A DNA stretch of 64,000 nt from NCBI GenBank assembly GCA_964016885.1, contig OZ024746.1:9362001-9426000 (forward strand). Reading direction: 5' to 3'. Origin of the DNA: Eledone cirrhosa (taxonomy: Eukaryota). The notes under the pieces were generated by a model. The model had not been told where the DNA came from and ran no database searches. It saw nothing but the letters and a program-made list of their open reading frames with translations. Below are positions 59,029-64,000 of this stretch, piece after piece. How positions within the stretch are numbered: the first letter of the stretch is position 1; each line of letters starts with the position of its first letter. The translations under genes and the position numbers were made by a program.

Positions 59029-60994
59029 ATATATATATATGAATGTGTGCATATATCAATTTGTACATGTATGTATGTACATGTGTATGTATATATATAT
59101 ATATATAGACATGTATGTGTGTATGTATATGTGTATGTGTGTCGGTATGTGGTGGTGGTGGGGGGGGGGGGGGGGGCTAAAGAGTTATTCATTCATGCAT
59201 TTCTACAAGTTTATGTAGCTGCGTACACATACAATATTCAGACAAGCCCAATACATTATGACGTATATTATTCCCAGTTTCACACACACACACACTCGCA
59301 CACATACACACACACACACACTCACTCACACGCATAAACACACACACTCACACATATACACACGTACTCACACTCACACACACACACTCACACACATACA
59401 AACACATTCACATACACACGCACACACGCTCACACACTCACACTCACACACACACTCACACACACACACTCACACACACACACACATATACACACGCACA
59501 CCACATACACACGTACTCACACTCACACACACACACTCACACACATACAAACACATTCAAATACACACGCACACACGCTCACACACACACACTCACACAC
59601 ACACACTCACACACACACACACATATAAGCAACATAGCCTACAGTAGAGATGTATCACACAGACACAATTCTTATATCCACACAATTCTGGTTCATTGAG
59701 AGGATTCTATGAATGGTTCTTTTTGTTCTCAGTATTATCAAGTTCAGTTAGGTTGGGTTCAGTCAGCAAAACATGCCATCCATATATGCATACATACGCA
59801 CACACACATATATACATACACACACACACACACAAACACACATATATACACACATATAGATACATACATACGCACACACACAAACACACATATATACACA
59901 CATATAGATACATACATACATACATACATACATACATACATACATACATACATACATACATACATAAACACAGAAATACTAACATACAACAAATTTATAT
60001 AGATATAGATATATATATATATGTATATATATATATGCATACATGCATTAAAACATACATATATTCATACAATTATGTATACATACAAATATACATGCAT
60101 TCATTCATACATATATACATACATTAACTTGTACATATAATCATACAATTATGTATACATACATACGTACATACATACATACAGATATACATGCATTCAT
60201 ACATACATACGTACACACACACATACATACATACATACGTACATACATACATGCATTCATACATACATATGTACACACACATATAAATACATACATACAT
60301 GCATACGTACGAACATACATACATATATACATGCATACATACATACATGCATACATACATACATTCATTCATACATATATACATACATGCTTTCATACAT
60401 ACATACATATATACAAATATACATGCATTCATATATACATATATACAAATATACATGCATTCATATATACATATATACAAATATACATGCATTCATACAT
60501 ACATACGTACACACACACATATATACATACATACATACACACATGCATGCATTCATACATACATACATACACACATACATATATACATACATACATACAT
60601 ATATACATACATACATACATACACACATACATATATACATACATTTAAACATACATGCATACAAATATACATACATACATACATACATACATACATACAT
60701 ACATACATACATACATACATACATACATACATACACACATACACACATAGATACATACATACATACATACATACATACATACATACATTTAAACATACAT
60801 ACATACATACATACATACATACATACACACAATTATGTATACCTTTATAGACACGTATAAAGTCTTAACAGTTTCAACCTGTCAGATATGGTATAACTAC
60901 TACTATATATACATTTAGATGGTTTTTAAATGGTTTTCTAGCTAAAACTTGTAAAGCTTTAATGATAGTGAGCCTTTGCAAATGTGCTTTATCT

Positions 60995-61047
60995 TGATTT
61001 CTCGCGATCTCTCTCACACACACACACACTCACACTCGCACACACTT

Positions 61048-61123
<76 letters not shown>

Positions 61124-61169
61124 ACACACTCACACTCGCACACACTTGCACACACACACACACACTCGC

Positions 61170-61204
<35 letters not shown>

Positions 61205-61305
61205 AATACACACACACGCACACTTACACATTCATACACAAACACACAAATACACATACACAAGTGTCGTTCTCGCGATCTCACACACAAACTAGCACAC
61301 ACACA

Positions 61306-61356
<51 letters not shown>

Positions 61357-61720
61357 GCACACACACACACTCACATACACATTCATACACAAACACACAT
61401 ACACACATACACAAGTGTCGTTCTCGCGATCTCGCACACAAACTTGCACACACACTCACACTCACACACACACACACACTCACACACACTTGCACACACA
61501 CTCACACACAAGCTCACATACACATTCATACACAAACACACAAACACACATACACAAGTGTCGTTCTCGCGGTCTCACACACAAACTTGCACACGCATTC
61601 ACACTCACACACACACACGCATACACACACACACACACACACACAAAAACTTGCACACACACTCACACACAAGCTCACATACACATTCATACACAAACAC
61701 ACATACGCTGGTGTCGTGCA
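60995..61720. repeat. Higher-order repeat in a (CA)n field, anchored by caagtgtcgttctcgcgatctc
   Basis: Anchor at ~61261, 61412 and 61555, about 145-150 bp apart. Confidence 0.8.
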
Positions 61721-61770
61721 TGTATGTGCACTGCAATTATTACTCAGGTTATGCACTCCCGCACATACAA

Positions 61771-61852
<82 letters not shown>

Positions 61853-62120
61853 GTGTGCGTGCGTGCGTGTGTGTGTGTGTGTGCGTATTTTTCAGTCTGT
61901 GTAATTTTATATAAAATAGGAATTTATATATAGATATGAGTTTGTGGTGTGTTGTGTATGTATGCACAAACACATATACATGGGCATACATCCATATATA
62001 TATACACATATAAACGTATGCCTTACATCTTCTATACTTTTAAGTATTTTCAGATGCATACTATAATATACTACACTATGGTGTCATTTATAGTACAATT
62101 ATTACTGCCAAATTACACTA

Positions 62121-62198
<78 letters not shown>

Positions 62199-62435
62199 AT
62201 AAATAAAATAAAATAACAAGAGGCTGGACTGGTGTAAATCCTTGAAAGGTTTATTATACTATGATAATTTCAATGACCGGGTTCCATATGAATCCGGTGA
62301 TATCATCAAGTATTGGAATATAACAAAGGAATATGTAAAAAACCATGGGTCCGAAAAATTAGAGACAGAGACAAAGAGGACGACTGACCAACTAGCTGCC
62401 TTCACCTCGGCCAGTCGCCCTCAAAGTGAACCTAA

Positions 62436-62489
<54 letters not shown>

Positions 62490-62493
<4 letters not shown>

Positions 62494-62778
62494 GTTTCTA
62501 CTTTAGGCACAAGGCCAGCAATTACCCAGTGCGTTACTGGTACTTTATTTCATCGACCCCGTAAGGATGAAAGGCAAAGTCAACCTCGGCGGGATTTGAA
62601 CTCAGATCGTAAAGGGACGTAACTATGCTGGAAAGCATGGCGTCCGACCCTCTACCGATACTGCCAATCCACCTGTTTCTACTTTAGGCACAAGGCCAGC
62701 AATAACCCAGTACATTACTGGTACTTTATTGTATCGACCCCGTAAGGATGAAAGGCAAAGTTAACCTCGGCGGGATTT
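62490..62778 (-). mobile_element. Head-to-tail family 1 SINE dimer
   Basis: 62490-62673 is full length, 62674-62778 is the 3' half. Confidence 0.9.
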
Positions 62779-62816
62779 ATATAATGATAAAATGTAGAGA
62801 GGAAGCACACGAGTGA

Positions 62817-63160
<344 letters not shown>

Positions 63161-63708
63161 ATCGCGGGTAACCACAGTAAGTAAGGTACTCAATACATAG
63201 CAGAGTATAAATATTTAATATAGAAATGGCTTCTACAAGACTAAAACTGTTTCATTCGGGAGAAATCCTAATATGTATGTTAGAGAGAGGGGGGAGAGGG
63301 AGGAGTCCGTGGTCCTGAGATCGGGGAGACCACTAATCGTGGGAGTACTCAATGCATAAATAGTTGCACAATGGGTATTGAACACACAAGCCGAAACCAC
63401 TTGGTGCCGCAGTGTGTGTGTGTGTATGAGTTGTGTTATGTTATTGTGTCAGAGTGTATACGTGTGTCCCCGCAACGCACTGTATCCTTGAGCAAGTCAC
63501 ATTATCATTGCCCCAGTCCAATCAACTGACAAATATCAGTTGTTCCTGTATCACGTTGAATCTTATCAAAACTTATATTATGGTTACACGTGTTTGTGAA
63601 ATACGCAAAACTACGTATAGGATCATTTCACGACAAAGCTGTACTATTGGTCAAACAACTGAAACACTTGTCGTCAGAGCCTTTGAATGTCTAGTACACA
63701 CACATACT

Positions 63709-63788
<80 letters not shown>

Positions 63789-64000
63789 TACACACACACA
63801 CACACACACACACAGCGGGGTCATATGCCTGCATTTGTGTGTTGCTCTACACATTTTCTTATTTGGAGATGTTTGCATAGAGATTTCCCTTATATAGTCC
63901 AACAATTTCAACTTTCAATTGTTTGTATCTCCAATATTTAACATATACCAATATTCTTGTCATCGCTTATATATGAATCAAGAGTTTATTTTTTCCATTT

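Overview
AT-rich animal genomic DNA saturated with microsatellites. The SINE types and repeat landscape suggest a mollusc, probably an octopus/cephalopod (inference). Almost all ORFs in the supplied track are artefacts of simple repeats. One host gene is recognisable: the first coding exon of a T-type voltage-gated calcium channel (Cav3/CACNA1G-H-I family, 33891-34399, +). It ends at a minor-spliceosome (U12, AT-AC type) donor, ATATCCTTT, and I found no exon 2, so the intron apparently runs past the window end. The rest is two tRNA-derived SINE families, CR1 and RTE LINE fragments, and mini/microsatellites. The most striking layer is at least seven families of short (70-400 bp) elements sitting in (TA)n tracts, often as fold-back or 5'-inverted pairs. 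Many carry minimal hammerhead-ribozyme motifs (CUGANGA-stem II-GAAA-NNNN-UH, including a U3-A8 compensatory variant), the signature of Penelope-like element pseudo-LTRs. All analysis was by eye and repeat boundaries are approximate.
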